A stretch of 61,574 nt of DNA from a bacterium (GTDB taxonomy: Bacteria; Patescibacteriota; Saccharimonadia; CAILAD01; GCA-016700035). Positions within the stretch are counted from its first letter, which is position 1; every line of letters begins with the position of its first letter. Made by a program: the position numbers and the translations under genes. Of the stretch, positions 1 to 8,680 are shown in pieces. The notes under the pieces are model-generated. The model was not told where the DNA came from. It made no database searches and saw nothing but the letters and a program-made list of their open reading frames with translations. The stretch covers positions 1 to 61,574 of the forward strand of contig JADZGC010000017.1 of the NCBI GenBank assembly GCA_020854115.1, written 5' to 3'.

Positions 1-108
1 GACCATTTCAACCTGCATCTCAAAGAATGTGAATTCGGGTATAATATGAGACATGAGAACATGTACACAAAGTTACTCGAACTGCTCCGAAAGGAAGCAC
101 GTAACTAG
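1..108 (+). mobile_element. 3' end of an IS1595-family (ISXO2-like) transposase ORF, cut by the window edge
   Basis: Frame 1 reads DHFNLHLKECEFGYNMRHENMYTKLLELLRKEARN, then TAG at 106-108. The HLKECEF..N tail matches what I recall for the C-terminus of IS1595/ISXO2-type DDE transposases. It is absent from the ORF track because the start lies outside the window. Confidence 0.5.
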
Positions 109-262
109 ACTAAACTAGTCTTGAACCTAATTAATTATGTTTAGTTTTTCGTTGTCTGATAGATTCATATCGGTATCGTATCTAATCATGGCTAATCAAC
201 CTATAGATGCGTTTCTCGCTCATGCTTTCACATCTGTCCCCCATCTGGCAATATAGAGAGCA

Positions 263-1060
263 ATGGCAAAATCCTCGACAACACAAACCTCATCCGAGAT
301 CACGCTATCGAAGCGCGCCTTCTGGTATTTTTTCGGCTACCACGCTTGGCAAGTCATCAAGAAATTCGGGCTCTGGACGGTCATCGCGACTGCAGCTGGC
401 ACGAGTGTGAATCTTATTCGTACCGCTAAGATCTTCGGCATGTCGGATGGCGAGCTAGGATTAGCGTTCTTGCGGCCAGCCCCTTACGTCGCGGCTTGCT
501 TCGTGACGGCCGTCGTGCTCCATGGCATGATTCGCGGCCTCATCTCGACGCTCAGTACCAAATACCGCCTGACGCCACAGGGTGTGATGCTCGAGCTCGG
601 CTGGCTAACTCGGACTACGACCGTGGTAAGCTTCGAGCAAATCCAGCGTATGACCATCGTCTCAAATCCATACGATCGTCTCTTGAAGGCGGCGTATATC
701 AATCTTGACCTCATCGGTGGTGCGAATAGCATCCAGCTTGAAGCGATCGACAAGACCTCGGTCGAAGATCTGTATGACGTGCTCGCAAACGCACGTATGC
801 AAGCCCTGCGCACCGTGGCGCTCAATACCCTCGAGCTGGAGCGTAAACTCGTTGAGCCGGAGAAGAAGGCTCGGAAGCGCACTGGCTATCGTACGGCAAC
901 CGAGAAGCAAACTACTACTTACAAGAAGCCTGCGCCGAAAAAAGTTGCCAAGAAACCAACTGCGAAAGCCGCGCCGAAGAAATCTCCTCGCTCGCGAGCT
1001 GCAAAATCAAAACGAGCTACCTCGAGGGCAGCTCGTCAATCTCAGCCTGTTAGCACCTAA
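263..1060 (+). CDS. Membrane protein with bacterial PH (bPH_2, YdbS/YdbT-like) domain and basic Lys/Ala/Pro-rich tail
   Basis: ATG at 263. Hydrophobic helices (FWYFFGYHAWQVI, PAPYVAACFVTAVVLHGMI) precede LELGWLTRTTTVVSFEQIQRMTIVSNPYDRLL, which is typical of membrane-flanked PH domains. The C-terminus KKPAPKKVAKKPTAKAAPKKSPR is histone-H1-like. Confidence 0.6.
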   Translation: MAKSSTTQTSSEITLSKRAFWYFFGYHAWQVIKKFGLWTVIATAAGTSVNLIRTAKIFGMSDGELGLAFLRPAPYVAACFVTAVVLHGMIRGLISTLSTKYRLTPQGVMLELGWLTRTTTVVSFEQIQRMTIVSNPYDRLLKAAYINLDLIGGANSIQLEAIDKTSVEDLYDVLANARMQALRTVALNTLELERKLVEPEKKARKRTGYRTATEKQTTTYKKPAPKKVAKKPTAKAAPKKSPRSRAAKSKRATSRAARQSQPVST

Positions 1061-1255
1061 AGACTCCTTTTACTTACAATAATCGCTTGTCTTCCCGGCA
1101 GTTCCGTCGCCCGCTATCAAGCGGCTTGACATGCTGCTTGGTCTGTCGCGTTGCTTTTTTTTGGGGGTCTTTTTTGTCGCCATAGTTAACATGTTAAGCG
1201 TAGGCTGACGACATGTCAAAAGCCGTGATACAATGACGAGGTTTTGGAGAACATC

Positions 1256-1738
1256 ATGGAAGAAACAACCACTACCACAGAAAAACCTGATACATCAAAG
1301 ACGCAAGAGATCGATACAAATACCCCTGAAACGGGCGAGCCAACTATCGCTGAAGCTAAGGAAATGGCGGCGACACTCGACTCAATCCACCGCCTTGTGA
1401 TTGAAGCTGCAGAGACGCGCAACCAATTGGCTGCTCTGCGCGATCAGCTCAAAGATGTGATGGAAAATAACCCAGAGTATCGTCAGATTGTCGATGAGAT
1501 GAAAGAGCTCACGAAGAAGCGCGCGGAGGCGAAAAAAGCGCTCGCTGAAGATAAGGATTATCAGCAAGTATCAGCCGATCTAGATGACTACCGCTTGAAG
1601 CTCAAGGACATCAATGAGATCCTCTCACAACACTTGGTCTTGTATTACAACCAGACAAGCTCAACCAAGATCATTGACTCAAATGGTGAGACTCGCTCAC
1701 TCATACTCTCGGCCAAGCTCGGCAAGACCGAAGCCTAG
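1256..1738 (+). CDS. Hypothetical acidic coiled-coil protein
   Basis: The track ORF starts at TTG 1244. ATG 1256 sits 6 nt after GGAGA, so I prefer it. The sequence is charged and heptad-like (RNQLAALRDQLKDVMENNPEYRQIVDEMKELTKKRAEAKKALAE). No family recognised. Confidence 0.45.
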   Translation: MEETTTTTEKPDTSKTQEIDTNTPETGEPTIAEAKEMAATLDSIHRLVIEAAETRNQLAALRDQLKDVMENNPEYRQIVDEMKELTKKRAEAKKALAEDKDYQQVSADLDDYRLKLKDINEILSQHLVLYYNQTSSTKIIDSNGETRSLILSAKLGKTEA

Positions 1739-1757
1739 TCATACGACACCATAGCTC

Positions 1758-3023
1758 CTAGCTCAGTCGCAGGTCCGTAACACCGGCGAATTTTGCTATC
1801 TTCTCCGCATCACTCTTGATACCTTTCACCGAGTTGTAGATTGTATCGGCAAATAAGCCAACCCCGAGACCTACAAACTTATTGATGAGTCGAATCCGGC
1901 CCAGCTTGTCCGCGCGCGTTCTCTCGGCAGTAATATCTTTCTTGAGGAGCCCCAGGGCAATATCTGCAGTGGCTTTCTGAGGGTTACTCGCGAGCTCTTG
2001 AGAGAGGTCGGGGTATTCGGTTAGCATTTGTCGCGAAATTCGTATGGCCGATTCTGCCGAATACTGTGGATGTAGCGGTGAGTTGCGACGCAAGTCTTGG
2101 TCGAGATCATCCTGTACTCCTTCAAGCCTAGACATGTTTGTTTCTACAGTATCGCCTGCCTGTCTGCCTAGTGGTCTCGCTTCTACTTCACCATAAACAC
2201 TCGTCAAGACTTCTTGTGTGGCTGATTTGTCTTGTGCGATATCCTCTGATAATGATTTAAATTTTTTTGACTCTCTTCTGTCTAAGAGCATGAGAGAAAT
2301 TTTATCAAGGGTAGTCCGGCATGAAAGATATGCGCCGAGAAACGGGAATACTCCATCTATAGCTTCGGCGATCGGCTTCACTTGCTCGGGTAGATAGTTT
2401 TTTGCCGTAACAGCAGCTGCACCCAACACACCAACACCGATCGCGATTCCGCGCATGACTTTGTTCTGGCGGATACGGTCAACCATTCTGGTGGGCTTTT
2501 CTTTGGTAAAATCGCGCCTGGATTCTTCTCGATAGAATTGCTCACGAGCAACCGCATCAACGATGATGTGTCCGTATGTGCCGAGCAAATCTTCGCGTGA
2601 CAAAGTGGTCTCACCGGCCTGATGAAGGCTAATCTTGGTAATTATTTGCTTTAGGTACCCAGAGCTTAAAGCATTCTCTGGAGATATTTGCAGTACATCC
2701 ATCAAATAGTCGCTAAAGCAGTCGAAATATTTCCGCTCGGCTTCTTTAACTTTTGCTTCTCGGTCGGAGCGATGCAGAAGCTTGCCTGACGAGTCTTGCT
2801 GAGCATACACATAAGCTTTTCGAGCCTTTGCCAACGCTACATCGCTGTCGCGCACTGTGTTCGCTTCTGTTTCGAGGTCAGCATCGGATTCACTCTCGAC
2901 TGATCTTTGATATTGGCCGTATATTTTGAGAAGTGCAACTTTATTTGTCGCGTCTATACCAGCCTGCGTAAGCACTTCTCTGCTGCCCTCATCAAGCTCC
3001 CCTGACCCATCGAGAGCAAGCAA
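1758..3023 (-). CDS. Hypothetical membrane protein
   Basis: 421-aa ORF whose track start is TTG, so the true start is uncertain. Hydrophobic segments are GIAIGVGVLGAAAV, VFPFLGAYL and FVGLGVGLF. No recognisable domain. Confidence 0.45.
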   Translation of the reverse strand: MLALDGSGELDEGSREVLTQAGIDATNKVALLKIYGQYQRSVESESDADLETEANTVRDSDVALAKARKAYVYAQQDSSGKLLHRSDREAKVKEAERKYFDCFSDYLMDVLQISPENALSSGYLKQIITKISLHQAGETTLSREDLLGTYGHIIVDAVAREQFYREESRRDFTKEKPTRMVDRIRQNKVMRGIAIGVGVLGAAAVTAKNYLPEQVKPIAEAIDGVFPFLGAYLSCRTTLDKISLMLLDRRESKKFKSLSEDIAQDKSATQEVLTSVYGEVEARPLGRQAGDTVETNMSRLEGVQDDLDQDLRRNSPLHPQYSAESAIRISRQMLTEYPDLSQELASNPQKATADIALGLLKKDITAERTRADKLGRIRLINKFVGLGVGLFADTIYNSVKGIKSDAEKIAKFAGVTDLRLS

Positions 3024-3058
3024 CGCACGAATCGAAGCATTCGTAAGCTTTGACGCCC

Positions 3059-3244
3059 CTAGCCTCTCCTGGGCCGCTCCAGCTTCACCCTCGCGCGCCG
3101 CAGCACTATTTTATAATCACGATAGAGTTCAACCTCCTGCCGCGCAAGTATGTGCCTTAGATCACTTGATAATCGCGCAGCACGATCGGGGCCCTCTTGT
3201 CCATCAACTTCTGAATTATTCGTGAGTTCTGCTGTGCTAGGCAT
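3059..3244 (-). CDS. Hypothetical small protein (61 aa)
   Basis: Its ATG (3242-3244) lies 1 nt after the stop of the upstream 102-aa ORF (TAA 3246-3248). Only this tight spacing suggests co-translation. No homology recognised. Confidence 0.3.
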   Translation of the reverse strand: MPSTAELTNNSEVDGQEGPDRAARLSSDLRHILARQEVELYRDYKIVLRRARVKLERPRRG

Positions 3245-3245
3245 A

Positions 3246-3554
3246 TTATTGAGGCGTATTCTTCAGGCTAGTCCGAACCGCTAAGACACCGGCATGCAGA
3301 TTCTGGATTTTCTCATTCTGTATGCGCTCAATTCGAGTTGATAGATCTGGTACTTTTGATGACAAGAAATCTTGTAACTGTACCGTGGCTTGCGATGTGT
3401 CTTTTGCTAGTATTTCTTCGAATACTACTTTATCGTGTGGAGGGAGTATGTCCTCAAGTTCTTCAGCGAGGGCGAGTAGGACGCTTTCTTGAAGAGCTGC
3501 AATGACGCTCGAGCGCTGCGGCTCGGGTAACTCCATAATCATCGAGTCATTCAT
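3246..3554 (-). CDS. Hypothetical small acidic protein (102 aa)
   Basis: ATG-initiated ORF and first gene of a minus-strand run 3554->1758. No family recognised. Confidence 0.35.
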   Translation of the reverse strand: MNDSMIMELPEPQRSSVIAALQESVLLALAEELEDILPPHDKVVFEEILAKDTSQATVQLQDFLSSKVPDLSTRIERIQNEKIQNLHAGVLAVRTSLKNTPQ

Positions 3555-3585
3555 ACTACGATTATATAGAAGTTGTGCTTATTGT

Positions 3586-4008
3586 CTAAGCCTCGCCGTG
3601 CTCGCCCGCTTCGGCGGCATCTGCTTCTTCCTTAGTCTTGTGTATCGTGCCTGGTGCATGCTCGGCTGGGCTATAGAGGGAGTAGACTTTGAGGTCACTG
3701 TCACCGATGTTTTTGACATTGTGCCACGTGCCTGCGGGTATGAGCACTGCTGTGTCGGGCTGGAGCTCGGCGGTTTTCTCTACGCTTTCTCTGCTCTCGC
3801 CTGTCAGTAGTTCGGCGGCGCCAGCTTCTACACGCAAGAACTGATCAACATTGCCATGCACTTCCAGCCCAATCTCACTGCCTACTGGAATCGACATGAC
3901 GGTCAACTGGGTATGCTCCCCGGTCCACAGCGTGGTGCGAAAATTTGTATTATTCTTGGTCTCTTCTTCAATTTGTACTACATATACTTTCCTATCATTC
4001 TCGGTCAT
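3586..4008 (-). CDS. Cupin-domain protein
   Basis: GSEIGLEVHGNVDQFLRVEAGAA...LIPAGTWHNVKNIGDSDLKVYSLYSP matches the two-motif cupin_2 pattern (G-x5-H-x-H ... P-x-G-x2-H-x3-N). Confidence 0.75.
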   Translation of the reverse strand: MTENDRKVYVVQIEEETKNNTNFRTTLWTGEHTQLTVMSIPVGSEIGLEVHGNVDQFLRVEAGAAELLTGESRESVEKTAELQPDTAVLIPAGTWHNVKNIGDSDLKVYSLYSPAEHAPGTIHKTKEEADAAEAGEHGEA

Positions 4009-4108
4009 GATGGCATCTCCCGTTTACTCCTCTATTATACGCGCTCGCGCCTACCGATTCTATCTGATAAATGCTATAATGCTGGGGTTCAGCACGAAAT
4101 ATATGTAG

Positions 4109-4185
4109 AGGGGTGTAGCTCAGCTGGCTAGAGCGTCGGTCTCCAAAACCGAAGGCCGCAGGTTCGATCCCTGCCACCCCTGCCA
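4109..4185 (+). tRNA. tRNA-Trp (anticodon CCA), CCA encoded
   Basis: Hand-folded cloverleaf: acceptor AGGGGTG/CACCCCT, D arm GCTC-AGCTGGCTA-GAGC, anticodon arm TCGGT-CTCCAAA-ACCGA, T arm GCAGG-TTCGATC-CCTGC, then G-CCA. Confidence 0.9.
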
Positions 4186-4190
4186 AGTCG

Positions 4191-4363
4191 GATTTTGAAC
4201 GAAGCTCGAACCTTTTTCGAGCAAGATAATTAAATCCCGCCCTGCGGCTCGTCCGCCGGCATAGCCAGCGGCCCAAACCAAAAGATTTTTCTTCATGATT
4301 GTTTTGAATTTCGGCGGGTGGTTTTTTCTTTTTAATTGAATTCGAAAAATATTTTGGTTTGCC
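4191..4363. repeat. Left copy of a 173-nt inverted repeat (IR-L)
   Basis: Reverse complement of 8681-8853 with 3 mismatches by hand alignment. Contains the hairpin GCTCGAA-CCTTT-TTCGAGC (4204-4222). Track ORFs 4120..4440(-) and 8646..8882(+) give near-identical peptides, confirming the inverted duplication. Confidence 0.9.
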
Positions 4364-4372
4364 GAGCTAGCC

Positions 4373-4406
4373 TTACAATAACACCATTTTTCTGGTAACA
4401 TTGTAA
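4373..4406 (+). promoter_or_regulatory. Inverted repeat TTACAAT-N20-ATTGTAA upstream of the HTH gene (candidate operator / C-box-like site)
   Basis: TTACAAT at 4373-4379 and ATTGTAA at 4400-4406. A related TACAATTTAATGTTA lies at about 4440-4454, just before ATG 4465. Confidence 0.3.
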
Positions 4407-4464
4407 TGTAGTTTGAGGTCAGTTTTCTCATTCCACCCATACAATTTAATGTTACTATTTTAAT

Positions 4465-4662
4465 ATGGTAGAGTCAAACAAAGTAAAGAAGTTACGAGAA
4501 AAGTTAGGACTATCCCAGGAAAGGCTGGCTCGGTTAGCCGATGTCTCAACTAACACGATTATCAACATCGAGTCTGGCAAACAGACAAATCCTACGATTT
4601 CAACAATAAAAAAGATAGCAAAGGCGCTCAACGTTAGTGTTGATGAACTGTTAAGGAAATAA
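4465..4662 (+). CDS. XRE-family helix-turn-helix regulator (controller-protein-like)
   Basis: 65 aa. LREKLGLSQERLARLADVSTNTIINIESGKQ.NPTISTIKKIAKALNVSVDELL is a textbook HTH_3 sequence. The gene stops 2 nt before the methyltransferase ATG. Confidence 0.85.
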   Translation: MVESNKVKKLREKLGLSQERLARLADVSTNTIINIESGKQTNPTISTIKKIAKALNVSVDELLRK

Positions 4663-4664
4663 GC

Positions 4665-5885
4665 ATGGCCAAGTATCTTACAAGCGCAAAAAATGCAAAA
4701 AACGATGAATTTTATACTCGTTATGAAGATATATCGAAAGAGGTTGAGGCATATCTAGACTTTGACCCTGATGCTTTCAAGGGCAAGGTTGTCTACTGCA
4801 ACTGTGATGACCCATTCGAGAGCAACTTTTTCCGTTACTTTGCGCTTAATTTTAAGAAACTTGGCCTCAAGCAACTCATAACGACCAGCTACAAACCTTC
4901 TCCAGTTGCCAACACGCAGTTGGGACTGTTTGGAGATGATAAGACGGTAGCAACGTCCAAAGGTCGTCCAAAAGTAACCGCCAACAAGTTCATCATCAAT
5001 GAAGTAAGTGATTTTGACGAAGATGGCTCGTTCAATCTTCAAGACGTTGCAGAACAATTGAAGGCAAACAAAAACAATGAGTGGTCGCCTCTTGAAGGAG
5101 AAGGCGATTTTAGAAGTCCAGAATGTGTGGATTTGCTAAAGCAGTCAGATATTGTAGTAACCAACCCTCCTTTTAGTCTATTCCGCGAGTATGTGAAGCA
5201 ACTGGTTGATCACAAGAAGAAATTTGTGATTATTGGCAACATGAATGCAATCACCTACAAAGAAATATTCCCGCTAATCGAAGATGACAAAATGTGGCTC
5301 GGTAATGGCTTTCATGCGGGCAACGCATATTTCTTTACTCCCAACGCGCGTGAATACGCCTCTGGTGTATATGACGAAAAAACAGGACTCGTAAAGTTTC
5401 GCAACGTTTGTTGGTTTACAAATATGGATCATGGCAGACGCCACCAACCACTGCCACTAATGACTATGTCCGATAACTTGAAATATTCGAAGCACAAAGA
5501 GATTAAGGGCAAAAAGGCATACGAAAAGTATGACAACTACGATGCTATCGAGGTGCCATTCACCGACTCAATTCCTGATGACTATGATGGAGTTATGGGA
5601 GTGCCGATTAGCTTTCTTGACAAATACAGCCCTGAACAGTTTGAGATTGTCGGTTTAACTTCAGGCCGAGATGAGTTTAAGGTTGGGCCTTCGAAAAAAT
5701 ACCAAAATCCTCAACAACATAACAAGGACGGCTCCCTAACAAACGGCAGCAAGACAAACACCCGCGCAACTATACTTCTAGATAAAGTGCCTGACGGCAT
5801 TTATTACACGGCTGATAATGCGGATGGCCCGCTAATGATAGTTTATGCGAGAATCTTGATTAAGCACAGAAAGGCGAAGAAATGA
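4665..5885 (+). CDS. N6-adenine DNA methyltransferase, EcoRI-methylase-like family
   Basis: N-terminal [16 protein letters not shown]...[19 protein letters not shown] and catalytic [10 protein letters not shown] (NPPF motif IV), then [19 protein letters not shown]. As I recall these are hallmarks of the PF13651-type adenine methylases. Confidence 0.8.
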   Translation: MAKYLTSAKNAKNDEFYTRYEDISKEVEAYLDFDPDAFKGKVVYCNCDDPFESNFFRYFALNFKKLGLKQLITTSYKPSPVANTQLGLFGDDKTVATSKGRPKVTANKFIINEVSDFDEDGSFNLQDVAEQLKANKNNEWSPLEGEGDFRSPECVDLLKQSDIVVTNPPFSLFREYVKQLVDHKKKFVIIGNMNAITYKEIFPLIEDDKMWLGNGFHAGNAYFFTPNAREYASGVYDEKTGLVKFRNVCWFTNMDHGRRHQPLPLMTMSDNLKYSKHKEIKGKKAYEKYDNYDAIEVPFTDSIPDDYDGVMGVPISFLDKYSPEQFEIVGLTSGRDEFKVGPSKKYQNPQQHNKDGSLTNGSKTNTRATILLDKVPDGIYYTADNADGPLMIVYARILIKHRKAKK

Positions 5886-7045
5886 AAACAGCTTTGAGAA
5901 CCGACATCACAGTCAAAGATATTTGCGACGGATTTGTTTATAACGAGCTTGAAGGAAAAGGTTTGTTTGGTTTGTCGGGCAAGCTGACCATTCAGCCAGA
6001 GTATCAACGAAACTACATTTACGCTGACGGCAAGAAAGATGTTGCGGTCATTCATTCAATCCTAAAGGGTTATCCGATAGGCTTGATTTATTTCAATAAA
6101 GTAAGCGACGATAATCTAGAAGTTCTAGATGGCCAGCAACGTATTACTAGCTTTGGGCGATTTGTGAATGGCAAGTTTGCCATTAAAGACGAAAATGGAA
6201 TGGAGCAATATTTTAGTGGTATTGCTGCCGATAAGCAGGCGAAGATTCTAAACACCAAACTTCTTATCTATGAATGCGAAGGCACTGAAAGCGAAATCAA
6301 GGAGTGGTTCAAGACCATCAACATCGCTGGTGTTCCACTAAACAGTCAAGAGCTTCTGAATGCCGTGTATTCTGGACCATTTGTAACTCTTGCCAAAGAA
6401 GAATTCAGCAACAGCCAAAACTCTAACATCCAAAAATGGAGTGCGTATGTTTCTGGCAGCGCAAACAGACAAGATTTCTTGGAGCGAGCACTCGATTGGG
6501 TCAGTAAAGGAAATATTGGCAACTACATGAGCCGCCATCGAAAAGACGATAACATCACTGAGCTAAAAACCTACTTCAATACTGTGATCGACTGGGCTTC
6601 GAGCGTCTTTACTGATGTTGAGGGTGAAATGCGCGGGCTTGAATGGGGGCGACTATACGAAACCTACCACAAAAATTCCTACGACCCTGCTAAGGTGTCC
6701 GGTGATGTGCATAAACTTTACGGCGACCCTTACGTCAAGAATCGCAAAGGAGTTTTTGAGTTTATTCTTGGCGGCCTTACGGACACAAAACTACTGGATG
6801 TTCGTGTCTTTGACGAAGCAACCAAAAAATCAGTCTACGCTACTCAGACGAAGGCGGCAGAAGCTAAAGGAACGTCTAATTGCTCGCACTGTGCAATTGG
6901 ACACGATGTAAACAAAGAGAAAATATGGAGCCTGAGCGACATGGACGCTGACCATGTTGCCGCCTGGAGCAAAGGCGGCGCAACCTCTATCGATAACTGC
7001 GAAATGCTATGCAAGACCCACAACCGCGCAAAAGGAAATCGATAA
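5882..7045 (+). CDS. DUF262 (ParB/Srx-like, GmrSD N-domain) fused to a C-terminal HNH nuclease
   Basis: The ATG overlaps the methylase TGA (ATGA at 5882-5885). It carries the [13 protein letters not shown] (DGQQR) motif. The C-terminus reads CSHCAIGH...[32 protein letters not shown], a Cys-flanked HNH finger. Confidence 0.8.
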   Translation: MKTALRTDITVKDICDGFVYNELEGKGLFGLSGKLTIQPEYQRNYIYADGKKDVAVIHSILKGYPIGLIYFNKVSDDNLEVLDGQQRITSFGRFVNGKFAIKDENGMEQYFSGIAADKQAKILNTKLLIYECEGTESEIKEWFKTINIAGVPLNSQELLNAVYSGPFVTLAKEEFSNSQNSNIQKWSAYVSGSANRQDFLERALDWVSKGNIGNYMSRHRKDDNITELKTYFNTVIDWASSVFTDVEGEMRGLEWGRLYETYHKNSYDPAKVSGDVHKLYGDPYVKNRKGVFEFILGGLTDTKLLDVRVFDEATKKSVYATQTKAAEAKGTSNCSHCAIGHDVNKEKIWSLSDMDADHVAAWSKGGATSIDNCEMLCKTHNRAKGNR

Positions 7046-7048
7046 GGT

Positions 7049-8608
7049 ATGCCGAGTCTATCGTGGCAAACGATGGTAGACTTTGTAACCTGTATTGAGC
7101 GATGGCTCGACATAAACCTATCCCATGAGGCGTTGATAGCTATTCCAGCCTTGTTTGTTGCTTTGCTTGTGCCAATAGCATTCTTCTTGATGGAACGCAA
7201 AGACTTATACGGTTTTGACAAGAACGTTATTCTGGACAAAATTGTGCTGGCTAGAGTATCCATACCAATGGTCTTTCTGGTATCCATAGCCCTGTTATTT
7301 AACATAACAACTCTGTCAGTGCTTTTCACCACCTTGCTGCTATTGGTGGTTATGGTCGTCTTAATACGAGTTTATAAGTGGATGGCGTCAGTAGAAATCT
7401 TGAAATACAAAACCACTTACAAACAAGATATGCGTCTACGATTTATACGTAGTATAAAAAATGACATCGAAAAGGTAGACACTTGGGCAATCATCTTAAA
7501 CGATGAGAAACTACTGGAAAAGAACCAGCGTGGGTTGGTTGCAGAGTTTATAGCTGCCGTCAAAAACATAAAAGACAGCAAAAACCGCTACCCTAAGTCC
7601 AATTTACTCGGACTAATGAGCCGCAACGTAAGTAAGGTAGACTTTGCTGATATTCAATCTTACGATGACTTAGTGCAATACTCTATTGAATATTTTCCGG
7701 AAATGCGTAGAGTCCGTACGCAAAGAAAACAAGCGACTAACAAAACTAACCAAGAAACCTATCCTCCCTACCAGCAGAAGGAGCTGGCTATCAACCTACT
7801 TAAGATTGCTTTGGACAAGAAGATTAGTGATATTTTTGATCACATATACTTTACCGCTATCAAAAAGTATATCGCAAAGGACGGCGTAGACGAGGCTGGG
7901 TTTATTCGTGACTTCTTACCAGCTTACGTGCATGTTGTTAAAGAGAACGAGGAATATGACGCTAAAAAACTCTGGCAAGAATTGTCCGATTGGGTTGTGA
8001 CCAAAGAACTCCTTTCTAAAGAGGAATCTCGGCAAAAGACCATTTCCTTATTGAACGCCTACATGGACTCCATAGGACAGCGGGCGCACGCAGATACAGA
8101 ATTGCCACAACACGAAGTAAGAGTTATCGACGATGTAACTGAGCGCATGCTGCCAAATATAAACGTGTCATTCTGGTTTGATATCATGACTTTCTACAAC
8201 AGTGGTTGGGGCTTAGATGAGGGCGAGGATAGCACACATGGTCAGGTCAGAAGTCACGTAAGTAGAAGGAGAGATTTTGGGTCATTTAATGCTCTTGGCG
8301 ATATAGATTGGAGTGATAACGAAGAGGAAAGGCTGAAGGCATACGAGGCAGAAGCCAATAGACAGGATGAGGAAACTATGTATATCTTAGGACTTATTTA
8401 CCCTTGGCTGCGTAATCCCAAAGAAATTCAAAAAGTTCTCAACCAGATACAAATCATAGAGAAAGAAAAATTATTTGATACAGAGAGCCACGAAGCACGA
8501 CGGCTTGAGTCATTAAAGAATCGCTTTGAGAAAATTAGAGCTTACACCGACAAAATGATAGCCGAGCAAGACAGTAAAAAGCAGAGCAAAAAGAAGAAGC
8601 AAAAATAG
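7049..8608 (+). CDS. Unknown 519-aa protein with three N-terminal TM helices and a large helical cytoplasmic region
   Basis: The ATG lies 3 nt after the nuclease stop. TM segments are ALIAIPALFVALLVPIAFFL, VSIPMVFLVSIALLF and VLFTTLLLLVVMVVLI. The remaining ~400 aa are charged and helical with a KKQSKKKKQK tail. No family recognised. Confidence 0.6.
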   Translation: MPSLSWQTMVDFVTCIERWLDINLSHEALIAIPALFVALLVPIAFFLMERKDLYGFDKNVILDKIVLARVSIPMVFLVSIALLFNITTLSVLFTTLLLLVVMVVLIRVYKWMASVEILKYKTTYKQDMRLRFIRSIKNDIEKVDTWAIILNDEKLLEKNQRGLVAEFIAAVKNIKDSKNRYPKSNLLGLMSRNVSKVDFADIQSYDDLVQYSIEYFPEMRRVRTQRKQATNKTNQETYPPYQQKELAINLLKIALDKKISDIFDHIYFTAIKKYIAKDGVDEAGFIRDFLPAYVHVVKENEEYDAKKLWQELSDWVVTKELLSKEESRQKTISLLNAYMDSIGQRAHADTELPQHEVRVIDDVTERMLPNINVSFWFDIMTFYNSGWGLDEGEDSTHGQVRSHVSRRRDFGSFNALGDIDWSDNEEERLKAYEAEANRQDEETMYILGLIYPWLRNPKEIQKVLNQIQIIEKEKLFDTESHEARRLESLKNRFEKIRAYTDKMIAEQDSKKQSKKKKQK

Positions 8609-8623
8609 AGTTTGTCGCTAGAC

Positions 8624-8640
8624 CCGCGCCGAAGGCGCGG
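8624..8640 (+). terminator. GC hairpin after the 519-aa ORF (CCGCGCC-GAA-GGCGCGG), no T-tract
   Basis: Perfect 7-bp stem seen directly. It lacks a U-run, so intrinsic-terminator function is uncertain. Confidence 0.3.
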
Positions 8641-8680
8641 CTGGGGTGGGAGCGGCTCCCTCACTTGCTTTAGCAAGGGA

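Noticed and set aside
3995-4440. Track ORFs 3995..4276(-) and 4120..4440(-), each about 100 aa
   Set aside because: They run antisense through tRNA-Trp and through the 173-nt repeat. The same peptide reappears from the mirror copy (8612..8908, 8646..8882 on +), as expected from translating a non-coding inverted repeat. No RBS is present.
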